A stretch of 55,284 bases of DNA from a virus. Its lineage: Duplodnaviria > Caudoviricetes. Both the position numbers and the translations under genes were made by a program. This document shows, piece by piece, positions 7,548 to 16,017 of this stretch. The notes beneath the pieces were generated by a model. That model was not told the origin of the DNA, did not search any database, and saw nothing but the letters and a program-made list of their open reading frames with translations. Every line of letters begins with the position of its first letter. Within the stretch, counting starts at the first letter, position 1. The stretch is taken from positions 1-55,284 of IMG/VR virus record IMGVR_UViG_3300027749_003730; one strand, written 5' to 3'.

Positions 7548-8708
7548 ATGAAAAGACTAACAGTAGTAGGACGCGGAACAGTTGGATGCATGGCAATTGC
7601 CCATTTTTTAAGATGGACTGATTGGGAAATCATTTGGGCATATGATCCTACTATTGCTCCGGTTGCTGTTGGCGAAGGCACTACCCTTGCTGTACCTCGA
7701 TCTCTAAAAGACAGTATGAAATTTAGGTATACTGATATGGAAGCAATTGACTCTACTGTAAAATTAGGTGTACGCAAACACAATTGGGGAAGCAACGGTA
7801 CACTATTTGATCATTCATTTGGAATAGGTGATGTTGGATTGCATTTTAATGCAGTTAATTTCCAAAATTATATTTTTGAAAAATTAAAGATTCATCCTAG
7901 AATAACATTATTAGAAAAATCAGTTAGTCCAGACGAAGTTGATTCAGATTACGTTATGATGTGTACTGGAACCCCAACAGATTTTACAGACTACAATACT
8001 ATAAAACATATACCAATTAATGCATGTTATGTCTCACAGTGCCCGTGGGAATTAGCTAGATTTAATTATACACTTGCAATAGCTAGACCTTATGGTTGGA
8101 TATTTGGTATACCACTGAATAATAGATGTAGTATTGGATATATGTATAATTCTGATATTAATACGTTAGATGAAGTTAAAGCAGACAGTGAGATTGTATT
8201 AAAAGAATACGGGTTAACTCCATCACTGCAACGAGAGATAAAATTTTCTAATTACTTTAGAAAAAATAATTTTTCAGACCGAGTAGTATACAATGGAAAT
8301 TCATCTTTCTTTTTGGAACCATTAGAGGCAACATCAACTGCATTATCTGATCAGATTACACGATTTTGTATCGACATATGGAAAGATAAAACTCTTAATG
8401 CTATAGATGCAAATCGCAAATATAATATTATGATAGACGAAATTGAATCTATGATTAGTATGCATTATATGTCTGGTTCAATTTATCAAACAAAATTTTG
8501 GGATCATGCGATGAATTTAGGCGAAGAAAAAATTAGAGAACAATTTAAGAATAATACTCCGTTCTCGCAAATTATTAGAGCGGCGCTTAGTTCTACATCA
8601 ATGTTTGATTTATATCCAATTGAAATTGGTACTTGGGGACTGTTATCTTATAAGACAAACATTGACGGTTTGGGTATTAGAGATCGGCTTAAAAATTTAG
8701 AAAATTAA
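7548..8708 (+). CDS. Tryptophan halogenase-like flavoprotein
   Basis: VVGRGTVG, VGEGT, TVKLG, GWIFGIP, FLEPLEA. Confidence 0.8.
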   Translation: MKRLTVVGRGTVGCMAIAHFLRWTDWEIIWAYDPTIAPVAVGEGTTLAVPRSLKDSMKFRYTDMEAIDSTVKLGVRKHNWGSNGTLFDHSFGIGDVGLHFNAVNFQNYIFEKLKIHPRITLLEKSVSPDEVDSDYVMMCTGTPTDFTDYNTIKHIPINACYVSQCPWELARFNYTLAIARPYGWIFGIPLNNRCSIGYMYNSDINTLDEVKADSEIVLKEYGLTPSLQREIKFSNYFRKNNFSDRVVYNGNSSFFLEPLEATSTALSDQITRFCIDIWKDKTLNAIDANRKYNIMIDEIESMISMHYMSGSIYQTKFWDHAMNLGEEKIREQFKNNTPFSQIIRAALSSTSMFDLYPIEIGTWGLLSYKTNIDGLGIRDRLKNLEN

Positions 8709-8722
8709 TTTAGCCAAAAGAG

Positions 8723-8751
8723 TAGACAAGGCAGTGCAATACTGTTATAAT
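8723..8751 (+). promoter_or_regulatory. Sigma70-type promoter (extended -10)
   Basis: TAGACA-17-TATAAT with TGn; followed by hairpin GCAAG-GAAA-CTTGC (8761-8774). Confidence 0.8.
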
Positions 8752-8783
8752 AGATACATAGCAAGGAAACTTGCAAAAAGTTT

Positions 8784-8949
8784 TAGGATCGGTACAGCAA
8801 TTCATACATACTATGGAATGTTAGACACTGTGGTAGAAACTGGAGCAGAGTGCGTAAAAACACCGAGCGTTGAAGGGGTCTATTGAAACAAGACTAACGA
8901 GCACAGAGTGATGGCCTGTGTAAAATAAAAGCAGTCAAAAACGATCCTG
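8784..8949 (+). ncRNA. ACAGCAA-stem RNA element 1
   Basis: Closing stem TAGGATCG/CGATCCTG; ACAGCAA at 8794-8800; internal helices TAGAC/GTCTA and GCACAG/CTGTGT. Confidence 0.75.
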
Positions 8950-8957
8950 TTTAGTCA

Positions 8958-9199
8958 TAGGATGACTACAGCAATTTAAAATAAAACGCACTTAATGCAG
9001 TAGACAGTGACCCGCAAGGTTGCAGTAGATAAGACAGAAATGTCTAAGCCTACACACTAATGGAACTGATGACACAAGGGAAAGCACCTTGTATGATGTT
9101 TGTACAGAAAAATACAAACTAGTCAACATGAATGTTGATAGGGTCTGGGTGCTATAATTGGCCAGACCAGAAAATAAACAAATTGGCACGATCATCCTG
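8958..9199 (+). ncRNA. ACAGCAA-stem RNA element 2
   Basis: Closing stem TAGGATGA/TCATCCTG; ACAGCAA at 8968-8974; at least 6 internal hairpins. Confidence 0.75.
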
Positions 9200-9208
9200 T
9201 TAAAGTTT

Positions 9209-9265
9209 TAGAATGTTAACAGCAACTTTAAATTTCAACTATAATCGAAAATAAAATACATTCTG
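9209..9265 (+). ncRNA. ACAGCAA-stem RNA element 3 (minimal, abuts the RBS)
   Basis: Closing stem TAGAATGT/ACATTCTG; ACAGCAA at 9219-9225; SD GAGG at 9267-9270. Confidence 0.7.
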
Positions 9266-9277
9266 TGAGGTAATAAA

Positions 9278-10690
9278 ATGAACGCATTTGTAAACGCAAT
9301 AGCAAATCAAGAAGCCCGTACTGCCAATGGCATGAAGGCTCGTAAGTCAACAGCCAACGCCAACGTTGATCTGTTCTACAAGATCGGTGCAAGCCGTGGT
9401 AAGAACATCACTGGTGAGTTCACTGCGGCTTACGTAGAAAATTCCGACGTAGCACTACGCATCGTACAATGGGCACGTGATGTCCGTGGTGGTGCAGGCG
9501 AACGTCAACTGTTCCGTGACCTTTTGGTCCACCTAGAAAAGACTGACCCAGATGCCGCTTTGGCTTTGCTGAAGAAGGTACCTGAAGTTGGTCGCTGGGA
9601 TGACATCTTTGTCTTCTCAACCCCTGCTCTGAAGACAGCTGCCTACACAATGTTAGGCGATGCTCTTCGAGCGCAAAATGGTCTTGCTGCCAAGTGGACA
9701 CCACGTAAGGGCAAGATCGCGGCTGAAGTACGAGCATTCTTTGGAATGACTCCTAAGCAGTATCGCAAGTCATTGGTAGCAATGACTACAGTTGTTGAAA
9801 CACAAATGTGTGCTAACGACTGGGATAACATCAACTTCTCACATGTCCCATCTGTGGCTGCTCGCAACTACAAGAAGGCATTTGGTCGTCACACACCTCT
9901 ATTCGCAGAGTATGTGGCTAAGTTAGTATCAGGTGATAAGACTGTTAAGGTTAACGCCAACGCAATCTTTCCACATGATGTACTCAAGGGTGTTATCAAC
10001 CACTACGGTATGAACTTGAGCAAGGTTGACACTGACCACGTTGTGGCACAGTGGGACGCACTGCCAAACTACGTAGGTGAAGCAAGTATTCTACCATTGG
10101 TAGACGTATCTGGTTCTATGAGCTGCCCAGCTGGTAAGAACACAGGTGTGACTTGCATGGATGTTTCAGTCAGCCTTGGCTTGTACTTGGCTGACAAGAA
10201 CAAGGGTGTGTTCAAGGACACATTCTTAACATTCAGTGACAAGCCTGCACTGATGACCCTAAAGGGTAATGTAGTCCAAAAGGCTGCACAAATGGTTAAG
10301 AGTGATTGGGGAATGAGTACTAACCTACACGCCGCTTTCACTAAGATCCTTGACGTGGCTGTCAAGGGTTCTGCACCACAAAGTGACATGCCAGCAATGG
10401 TATTGATCTTGAGTGACATGCAGTTTAATCAATGTGTCAAGAATGACGACAGTGCAATGGCAATGATCGAACGCAAGTTTGAAGCAGCCGGATACACATG
10501 TCCAAAGGTTGTCTTCTGGAACCTAAACGCAAGTGATAACGTTCCAGTTAAGGCAGACAAGAGTGGTGCCGCTCTTGTTAGTGGATTCAGTCCAGCTATC
10601 ATGGCTAGCTTGCTAGGCGCTGATGTGGATCAATTCACTCCAGAAGGTATCATGCTTAAGACTGTAATGGTTCCACGCTACGATATCTAA
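9278..10690 (+). CDS. DUF2828-type, TROVE/Ro60-like protein with C-terminal VWA domain
   Basis: RDVRGGAGER, GRWDD, LAAKWTP, VPSVA; MIDAS DVSGS...GMSTN...SDMQF...VFWNL...SGFS; strongly biased codon use. Confidence 0.8.
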   Translation: MNAFVNAIANQEARTANGMKARKSTANANVDLFYKIGASRGKNITGEFTAAYVENSDVALRIVQWARDVRGGAGERQLFRDLLVHLEKTDPDAALALLKKVPEVGRWDDIFVFSTPALKTAAYTMLGDALRAQNGLAAKWTPRKGKIAAEVRAFFGMTPKQYRKSLVAMTTVVETQMCANDWDNINFSHVPSVAARNYKKAFGRHTPLFAEYVAKLVSGDKTVKVNANAIFPHDVLKGVINHYGMNLSKVDTDHVVAQWDALPNYVGEASILPLVDVSGSMSCPAGKNTGVTCMDVSVSLGLYLADKNKGVFKDTFLTFSDKPALMTLKGNVVQKAAQMVKSDWGMSTNLHAAFTKILDVAVKGSAPQSDMPAMVLILSDMQFNQCVKNDDSAMAMIERKFEAAGYTCPKVVFWNLNASDNVPVKADKSGAALVSGFSPAIMASLLGADVDQFTPEGIMLKTVMVPRYDI

Positions 10691-10712
10691 CTGTTGTAAA
10701 AACGCAACACTG

Positions 10713-10747
10713 AACCCAGTCAGCTCAGGTTGACTGGGTTTCTTTTT
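10713..10747 (+). terminator. Intrinsic terminator
   Basis: AACCCAGTCAGC-TCAG-GTTGACTGGGTT followed by TCTTTTT. Confidence 0.85.
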
Positions 10748-10758
10748 GAGTATATAAT
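10730..10758 (+). promoter_or_regulatory. Sigma70-type promoter overlapping the terminator
   Basis: TTGACT-17-TATAAT. Confidence 0.7.
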
Positions 10759-10782
10759 ATACATATAAGGAAATTTAAATTA

Positions 10783-11430
10783 ATGGCTATTATCGATACC
10801 CCAAGAATTAGTATGCATCCGCAGTTCTTATTTCAAAGCACAGAATTAATTAAACGTAAAGTTGTTTTGCGCGAATCTATAAATTTCATCAAGTTAGACG
10901 GATTATATTTAGAATTTGGTGTGTCGTGGGGTCATACTATTAATTACATATCAAAGTGCTTACCTACAAAGACTATCTACGGATTTGATTCCTGGCAGGG
11001 CATTCCAGAAGATTGGCTATGTAAGGGAAAAGTATTTCCAGCCGGGAGCTATAGCACCAAAGGAGAGCTTCCAAAGGTAAATGAAAATGTGCAGTTAATT
11101 TCAGGAATGTTTGAAGATACATTGCCAATATTTGTAAAAGAGAATTCTAACATACCAATAGCATATATGCACATTGATTGTGATTTATATTCATCAACTA
11201 AGACAGTTTTTAAATATATAGGATCTATGATTGTTCCAGGAACGGTAATAGTGTTTGACGAATATATACAAGATGCAGGCGAGAAACAAGCATTCAACGA
11301 ATGGTTAGAAGAGTCTGGATTATATGCATCTGTAATTAGATCATCTCCACAACAGGCAAGTTTTATAATAACATCTAATTTAAATCCCCCCGATTTAAGT
11401 AATATTCTTTGGTCGTTAGACCCGTTATAA
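10783..11430 (+). CDS. Class I SAM-dependent methyltransferase (TylF/MycF-like)
   Basis: YLEFGV..G, YGFDSWQGIPE, G.FEDTLP, HIDCDLYSST, VFDE. Confidence 0.85.
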   Translation: MAIIDTPRISMHPQFLFQSTELIKRKVVLRESINFIKLDGLYLEFGVSWGHTINYISKCLPTKTIYGFDSWQGIPEDWLCKGKVFPAGSYSTKGELPKVNENVQLISGMFEDTLPIFVKENSNIPIAYMHIDCDLYSSTKTVFKYIGSMIVPGTVIVFDEYIQDAGEKQAFNEWLEESGLYASVIRSSPQQASFIITSNLNPPDLSNILWSLDPL

Positions 11431-11448
11431 TTTTAGGAGTATTAATTA

Positions 11449-11916
11449 ATGACAAAGTGTTATCAATTAGTAGGAGTTCCAGGTTCTGGGAAAAGCACCT
11501 GGATCAAGAACCAAATATGGGCGTTAGGTTTAACCGTAGTCTCTACAGATGCGTTTGTGGAAGACTATGCTAGATCACAAGGCAAGACCTACTCGGAAGT
11601 GTTTGTAGACTACATGCCCACAGCAGTCAATCTAATGGCCGAACAGGTGGTTAGAGCCCGTACGCTGGATCATACTATAATTTGGGACCAAACTAGCACG
11701 ACTCTTGCTAGTCGAGCTCGTAAGTTTAACATGTTGCCCGACTATGAACATATTGCTGTAGTGTTTCGAACACCTGAGCATAAAGAACTTATGCGTCGAC
11801 TGGAAAGTCGGTGGGTAGATGGAAAGATTATTCCCGAACATGTTATTGCTAGTATGATTGCTAGTTGGGAAGAACCTACAGAGGAAGAAGGTTTTAAGGA
11901 AATTTGGTATGTATAA
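11449..11916 (+). CDS. P-loop kinase (polynucleotide kinase/AAA_33-like)
   Basis: GVPGSGKST, VSTD, IIWDQTS...R. Confidence 0.85.
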   Translation: MTKCYQLVGVPGSGKSTWIKNQIWALGLTVVSTDAFVEDYARSQGKTYSEVFVDYMPTAVNLMAEQVVRARTLDHTIIWDQTSTTLASRARKFNMLPDYEHIAVVFRTPEHKELMRRLESRWVDGKIIPEHVIASMIASWEEPTEEEGFKEIWYV

Positions 11917-12775
11917 TCAAAAAATTATTCAAAAAAAAGTAGGGAATCAAATTATAAATTCATTCCCTTACGAAGAGTTTGGTATTAAGGGAGTCGGACA
12001 AGTCCGTAAACCTATTATATCAATGGATGATTATATCAATCATGATAGTGATTTAGATCTACATATTGAGTCCTGTAAAGGACTTGCTCTTTGTAATGAT
12101 TTTAAAATGGGAATGGTTTACGGAGGATTGCCTCCTGAAGAAGTACTTAGATTTGGAAGTCACGACTGTTGGTCAGAGATGCTACATAATTTAGATGTTT
12201 ATGACCCGTCCGGAGTTCATAGTAAGGCTCTGAAAGAAGTTGCCGACCAATCAGACAACCCTCAGCAGGCCATGTACAAGTATGCATACTTTGCTATGGG
12301 TTCTGTCATACCTTGGTTTTTTGCTTGCTACTTAAAGAAAAATGATTTTAATAAAAAAACACAGGACCTTGGTGGCTGGACTGATAATGCTAAATATTTT
12401 CCAAAAATTATAGAATATCTCGATACATTACCGTTTAAAGAAATTGGTAGAGTATTATTTTTTACAACTTATCCAAATGCTGGTGTAGCTATTCATAGAG
12501 ATAGTGTAGTATCAGAACATAAAGATCACAATATTAATCTATTTTTTGAAAGTGGTTGGCGGCCAAGTTTCATTTGGGACGAAAAGAAAAAAGAAAAAGT
12601 ATATCTTGAAAAAGGTGCTCGCAGTTATTTCTTTAACAACAGAGATTACCACGGTGTAGATCCAGAGCCAATTTTTAGATATACCCTCCGCGTTGATGGC
12701 ACGTTTACAGATGAGCTTTGTGATAAGTTAAAATTAGAAAACGGATATACTTGGAAATGGAAATACCAGACTTGA
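11909..12775 (+). CDS. Hypothetical protein with C-terminal HxD...H oxygenase-like motif
   Basis: ATG at 11909; IHRD...DYHGV...RYTLRVDG. Confidence 0.55.
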   Translation: MYNQKIIQKKVGNQIINSFPYEEFGIKGVGQVRKPIISMDDYINHDSDLDLHIESCKGLALCNDFKMGMVYGGLPPEEVLRFGSHDCWSEMLHNLDVYDPSGVHSKALKEVADQSDNPQQAMYKYAYFAMGSVIPWFFACYLKKNDFNKKTQDLGGWTDNAKYFPKIIEYLDTLPFKEIGRVLFFTTYPNAGVAIHRDSVVSEHKDHNINLFFESGWRPSFIWDEKKKEKVYLEKGARSYFFNNRDYHGVDPEPIFRYTLRVDGTFTDELCDKLKLENGYTWKWKYQT

Positions 12776-12833
12776 CTAATTGTTAAATAGGTGTTATAAT
12801 AACTTTTTAAACAACAAAGGTACTCAATGGCTG
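12772..12833 (+). repeat. Promoter-RBS-start cassette, copy 1
   Basis: TTGACT-17-TATAAT ... AAAGGTACTCAATGGCTG; repeated at 13362-13424. Confidence 0.8.
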
Positions 12834-12892
12834 TTAAAGGTTGCAAAATGTGTATTGATTGTCAAATTGCAAGTGAACGAATGAAAAGATAA
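12827..12892 (+). pseudogene. 21-aa ORF resembling the C-terminal half of a TraR/DksA C4 zinc finger
   Basis: MAVKGCKMCIDCQIASERMKR. Confidence 0.5.
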
Positions 12893-12901
12893 GGAGGCAC
12901 T

Positions 12902-13369
12902 ATGCCTTGGATTGAAAATATAGCGGCAAGTGATATCCCAATTGGGTTCCATCATGCGGCTGGCCCAAACAGTATGTTGATCAGCATTGTTGATCCAGCA
13001 AGCTGGCGCCCTGTTCCAAAACATCAGTTCAAAGAAGTTCATAACTTTGAATTTTTGGATGTAGAGGAAAAGGATGAAGTTTTGGAAGAAGCTATGAAGT
13101 GCAGTCACGAGCAGGCCGCAGAGCTTGTCCGTTTGCTACAACATGCTTTGGACAATCGTATGAACGTGGTTGTTCATTGCTATGCTGGCGTTTGTCGTTC
13201 GGGTGCGGTCTGTGAAGTTGGAGTCATGATGGGCTTCGATGATACAGAGCGTTTCCGTAGTCCAAACTTGCTGGTCAAGCATCGCATGATGAAGCATTTA
13301 GGTTGGACTTACGATCCAGAAGAAAAGCCAAACATCGATGATTGGCGTACTTTTAGGTCGGTTGACTAA
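12902..13369 (+). CDS. Protein tyrosine/dual-specificity phosphatase-like protein
   Basis: VVHCYAGVCRSG (CX5R); AGGAGG SD. Confidence 0.85.
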   Translation: MPWIENIAASDIPIGFHHAAGPNSMLISIVDPASWRPVPKHQFKEVHNFEFLDVEEKDEVLEEAMKCSHEQAAELVRLLQHALDNRMNVVVHCYAGVCRSGAVCEVGVMMGFDDTERFRSPNLLVKHRMMKHLGWTYDPEEKPNIDDWRTFRSVD

Positions 13370-13424
13370 CTGTTATACAAGTGTTATAATATTACATTAA
13401 ACAGTGAAAGGTACTCAATGGCTG
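13362..13424 (+). repeat. Promoter-RBS-start cassette, copy 2
   Basis: TTGACT-17-TATAAT ... AAAGGTACTCAATGGCTG. Confidence 0.8.
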
Positions 13425-13591
13425 GAAAAGCAAAATCGGTTTATCTAACGATAACCAAAAAAGGTGCATTTAAAACAGAGTTTCAAAAAATGTTTTTTGA
13501 TGCTAAATCATTCAATGACTATGTGAAGACCGATGAGTTCAAGGCTAAATGGCCTGCTGAAGAGTATAATATTGTAAAAGAAACTTATTAA
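13418..13591 (+). CDS. Small hypothetical protein (57 aa, absent from ORF track)
   Basis: MAGKAKSVYLTI...KETY; has its own promoter and RBS. Confidence 0.7.
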   Translation: MAGKAKSVYLTITKKGAFKTEFQKMFFDAKSFNDYVKTDEFKAKWPAEEYNIVKETY

Positions 13592-13606
13592 AGAAAGGAG
13601 GCGAAT

Positions 13607-14209
13607 ATGCCAAGTGTATTTTTAGTAAGCGACACGCACTTTGGACACATGGGCGTTTGCCGCTTTACACGCAATGATGGAGTGACCAAATTACGACCAT
13701 ATGATAGTCCTGAAGAAATGGACGAAGATATGATCGCACGTTGGAACGCCAAAGTTAAGCCAACTGATAAGGTCTATCACTTAGGTGACGTTGTTATCAA
13801 CCGTAGAGCATTGCCCACGTTGGCCCGTTTAAACGGCGACAAGGTCTTGATCCGCGGCAACCACGACATCTTCCGTGATGATGAGTACAGGTCTTACTTC
13901 CGCGAATTACGTGCATACCACGTTATGAACGGAATGATTTTAAGTCACATTCCATTACATAGTGAAAGTATGGGTCGTTTTGGTGTTAACATTCACGGAC
14001 ACTTACACGCAAATCGTGTTAAGAAGGCTAGAGGTGTTGACGCACGTACAGGAGAAATCTTATACAGTGAAGAAAACGATGTGCGTTATCATTGTGTCTG
14101 CGTTGAGCAAACAGACTTTGAACCTATCTTATTCGAAGAAGTGATTGCACGAATTGAAGCAGAAGGTGGTACTGTTGGATTTAAGAACGGTAACGGGCCG
14201 ACCATGTAA
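13607..14209 (+). CDS. Calcineurin-like metallophosphoesterase
   Basis: SDTHFGH, HLGD, GNHD, HGHLH. Confidence 0.9.
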   Translation: MPSVFLVSDTHFGHMGVCRFTRNDGVTKLRPYDSPEEMDEDMIARWNAKVKPTDKVYHLGDVVINRRALPTLARLNGDKVLIRGNHDIFRDDEYRSYFRELRAYHVMNGMILSHIPLHSESMGRFGVNIHGHLHANRVKKARGVDARTGEILYSEENDVRYHCVCVEQTDFEPILFEEVIARIEAEGGTVGFKNGNGPTM

Positions 14210-14211
14210 GT

Positions 14212-14712
14212 ATGTTTATATGGCAATACATTGACTTAGATCCGACAGTAGTGTCGAGCATACAGCAGAGATACCTCAATGCCCTAGTGCAAGATAAAAA
14301 GCAATTCTTTCAACATCTAGATATTGGCGTTTCTGAATTTTTAGATTTGCCGATATCTAGACCCGTATTAATTCGTGTTCCGCCCAATACACGTTCAGCA
14401 ATACATACAGATGAACGACCAAATGATGCTGTTCTTGCAATTAATATACCTTTAATAAACTGCGATCAATCGTTAACTGAATTTTGGAAAACTGATAATG
14501 ATAGTGCATTTATTAGAAAATTAACACCTAATTTTGTTCCATTTTATGAAATTGATCCTAACAAATGTCAAAAAATATCCGAATTTGTTTTAACTAAACC
14601 GATTATATTTAATACAAGTATTCCGCATTCTGTACACAATTACTCTAATCAAATTAGATTTGGTATCAGTATAAGATTTAAAAAAGATCCGTGGCACCTA
14701 ATAAATATTTAA
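14212..14712 (+). CDS. Cupin/2OG-Fe(II) oxygenase-like protein
   Basis: IHTD...AINIP...PHSV.N...RFGISIRF. Confidence 0.65.
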   Translation: MFIWQYIDLDPTVVSSIQQRYLNALVQDKKQFFQHLDIGVSEFLDLPISRPVLIRVPPNTRSAIHTDERPNDAVLAINIPLINCDQSLTEFWKTDNDSAFIRKLTPNFVPFYEIDPNKCQKISEFVLTKPIIFNTSIPHSVHNYSNQIRFGISIRFKKDPWHLINI

Positions 14713-14713
14713 A

Positions 14714-15262
14714 ATGACATTATTATTTTTACCGATTGATATACAGGTTGATAAAATCAATTTTAAAAGAACTGATAACTTAAAAAAGGTTCCGTCACAA
14801 ATATTTCAACCTTCTTGGTGGGATTCTGCAATATTAGATAAGCCGTCACTTGCACAGTTTGATCATATTATCGAACAACTTCCTTACAATAAAATTTCTA
14901 TTGTTATGCATAAGTTCCAAAACGGTCCTGTGGGTAGTCATCTTGATGTATACCCTAGCATGAAAATTGAAGCTGAAGAATTAGAAAATATTAAAGAGAA
15001 CGAACCTTGCGGGTATCGATTAGTTCTTAATGGAAGAAACGATGTATTAGAAATTTTTGATGGTGTTAATTGGTTAACACCTACCTTACCAACAGTCCCA
15101 TGTTGTTATCTTATTAATTCCACTAAACTAAGACATCGAGTTATGAATGATCCAGGTAGAGAAGTTTTGTACTTTAGAGGTATAATAAACAAAGAGAGAA
15201 ATCAAGAATTAATTGAAAAAAGTTTGAAAGTATATAAAGACCATGCTGTATATTCAAAATAA
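14714..15262 (+). CDS. Cupin/2OG-Fe(II) oxygenase-like protein
   Basis: SHLD...RHRV...R. Confidence 0.5.
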   Translation: MTLLFLPIDIQVDKINFKRTDNLKKVPSQIFQPSWWDSAILDKPSLAQFDHIIEQLPYNKISIVMHKFQNGPVGSHLDVYPSMKIEAEELENIKENEPCGYRLVLNGRNDVLEIFDGVNWLTPTLPTVPCCYLINSTKLRHRVMNDPGREVLYFRGIINKERNQELIEKSLKVYKDHAVYSK

Positions 15263-16016
15263 ATTAATAGTATTATTACTTTGCTTGTTCCCCACTTTTC
15301 TACATGCAGAATATATACAAAGTGTAGAAATACATAATAAAGAAAAAATCAAACTAGGAATAGAGGTATTTAAAGTTAATTCACAACATGCTTCTACAGT
15401 TATAGTTCTTCACGGGTGCGGCGGTGTTGACTCGCATCACAGAGATTGGGCAAAACAACTAAATTCTTGGGGATTTAATGCAGTAGTGTTAGATTCGTTT
15501 TCTGCAAGATATGAACGCCTTGTTTGTCAAAAACCATTTGCTGTGACTCCGAACCAACGTGCCGTTGATCTTCAATATACAGCAAAATGGGTTTCGGAAC
15601 AGCCCTGGGGTAAGGAAAAAATCGGAGTTATAGGATTTAGTCACGGTGCCTGGACTACTCTATATGCTGTATCTAAAAATGAAATTACTAGAGAATTTGG
15701 AACCACTCTTATCTCAAGTGCTGTAGCATTTTATCCGTATTGCGATAATGGCCGATTTTTTGATTCACCTGCAATACCAATTCAAATCCATAGCGGTAAT
15801 TTAGATAATTGGGCCCCTTTAACTTTATGTACTGATCTTTCTCGCAATTGGAATGTGTCCGACAACTTTTTTGTTTATACTGATTCACATCATGGATTTG
15901 ATAGATCAAATACAAATATCTCAGTTGCTGGTCATATCCTTAGATCAAATCCAGATGCAAACATGCTAGCAAGATCTCGAGTCAAGGATTTCTTAAATAA
16001 GACACTAAGTGAATAA
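15243..16016 (+). CDS. Dienelactone hydrolase-family alpha/beta hydrolase with signal peptide
   Basis: LHGCGG, GFSHG nucleophile elbow, G.LD, HGFD; hydrophobic N-terminus. Confidence 0.85.
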   Translation: MLYIQNKLIVLLLCLFPTFLHAEYIQSVEIHNKEKIKLGIEVFKVNSQHASTVIVLHGCGGVDSHHRDWAKQLNSWGFNAVVLDSFSARYERLVCQKPFAVTPNQRAVDLQYTAKWVSEQPWGKEKIGVIGFSHGAWTTLYAVSKNEITREFGTTLISSAVAFYPYCDNGRFFDSPAIPIQIHSGNLDNWAPLTLCTDLSRNWNVSDNFFVYTDSHHGFDRSNTNISVAGHILRSNPDANMLARSRVKDFLNKTLSE

Positions 16017-16017
16017 A

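Noticed and set aside
5969-7795. Minus-strand ORFs and extended starts over the tRNA array (e.g. 5969-6169, 6620-6805, 6930-7115, 7363-7596, 7409-7795, 6686 start)
   Set aside because: They overlap bona fide tRNAs or + strand genes; shadow ORFs.
8992-9195. 67-aa minus-strand ORF in the RNA array
   Set aside because: No RBS or recognisable motif; the region is better explained by + strand RNA structure.
8784-9265. CRISPR-like array interpretation of the three repeated elements
   Set aside because: The shared sequence is short, covaries as a stem, and encloses inserts of very unequal length; no cas genes are present.
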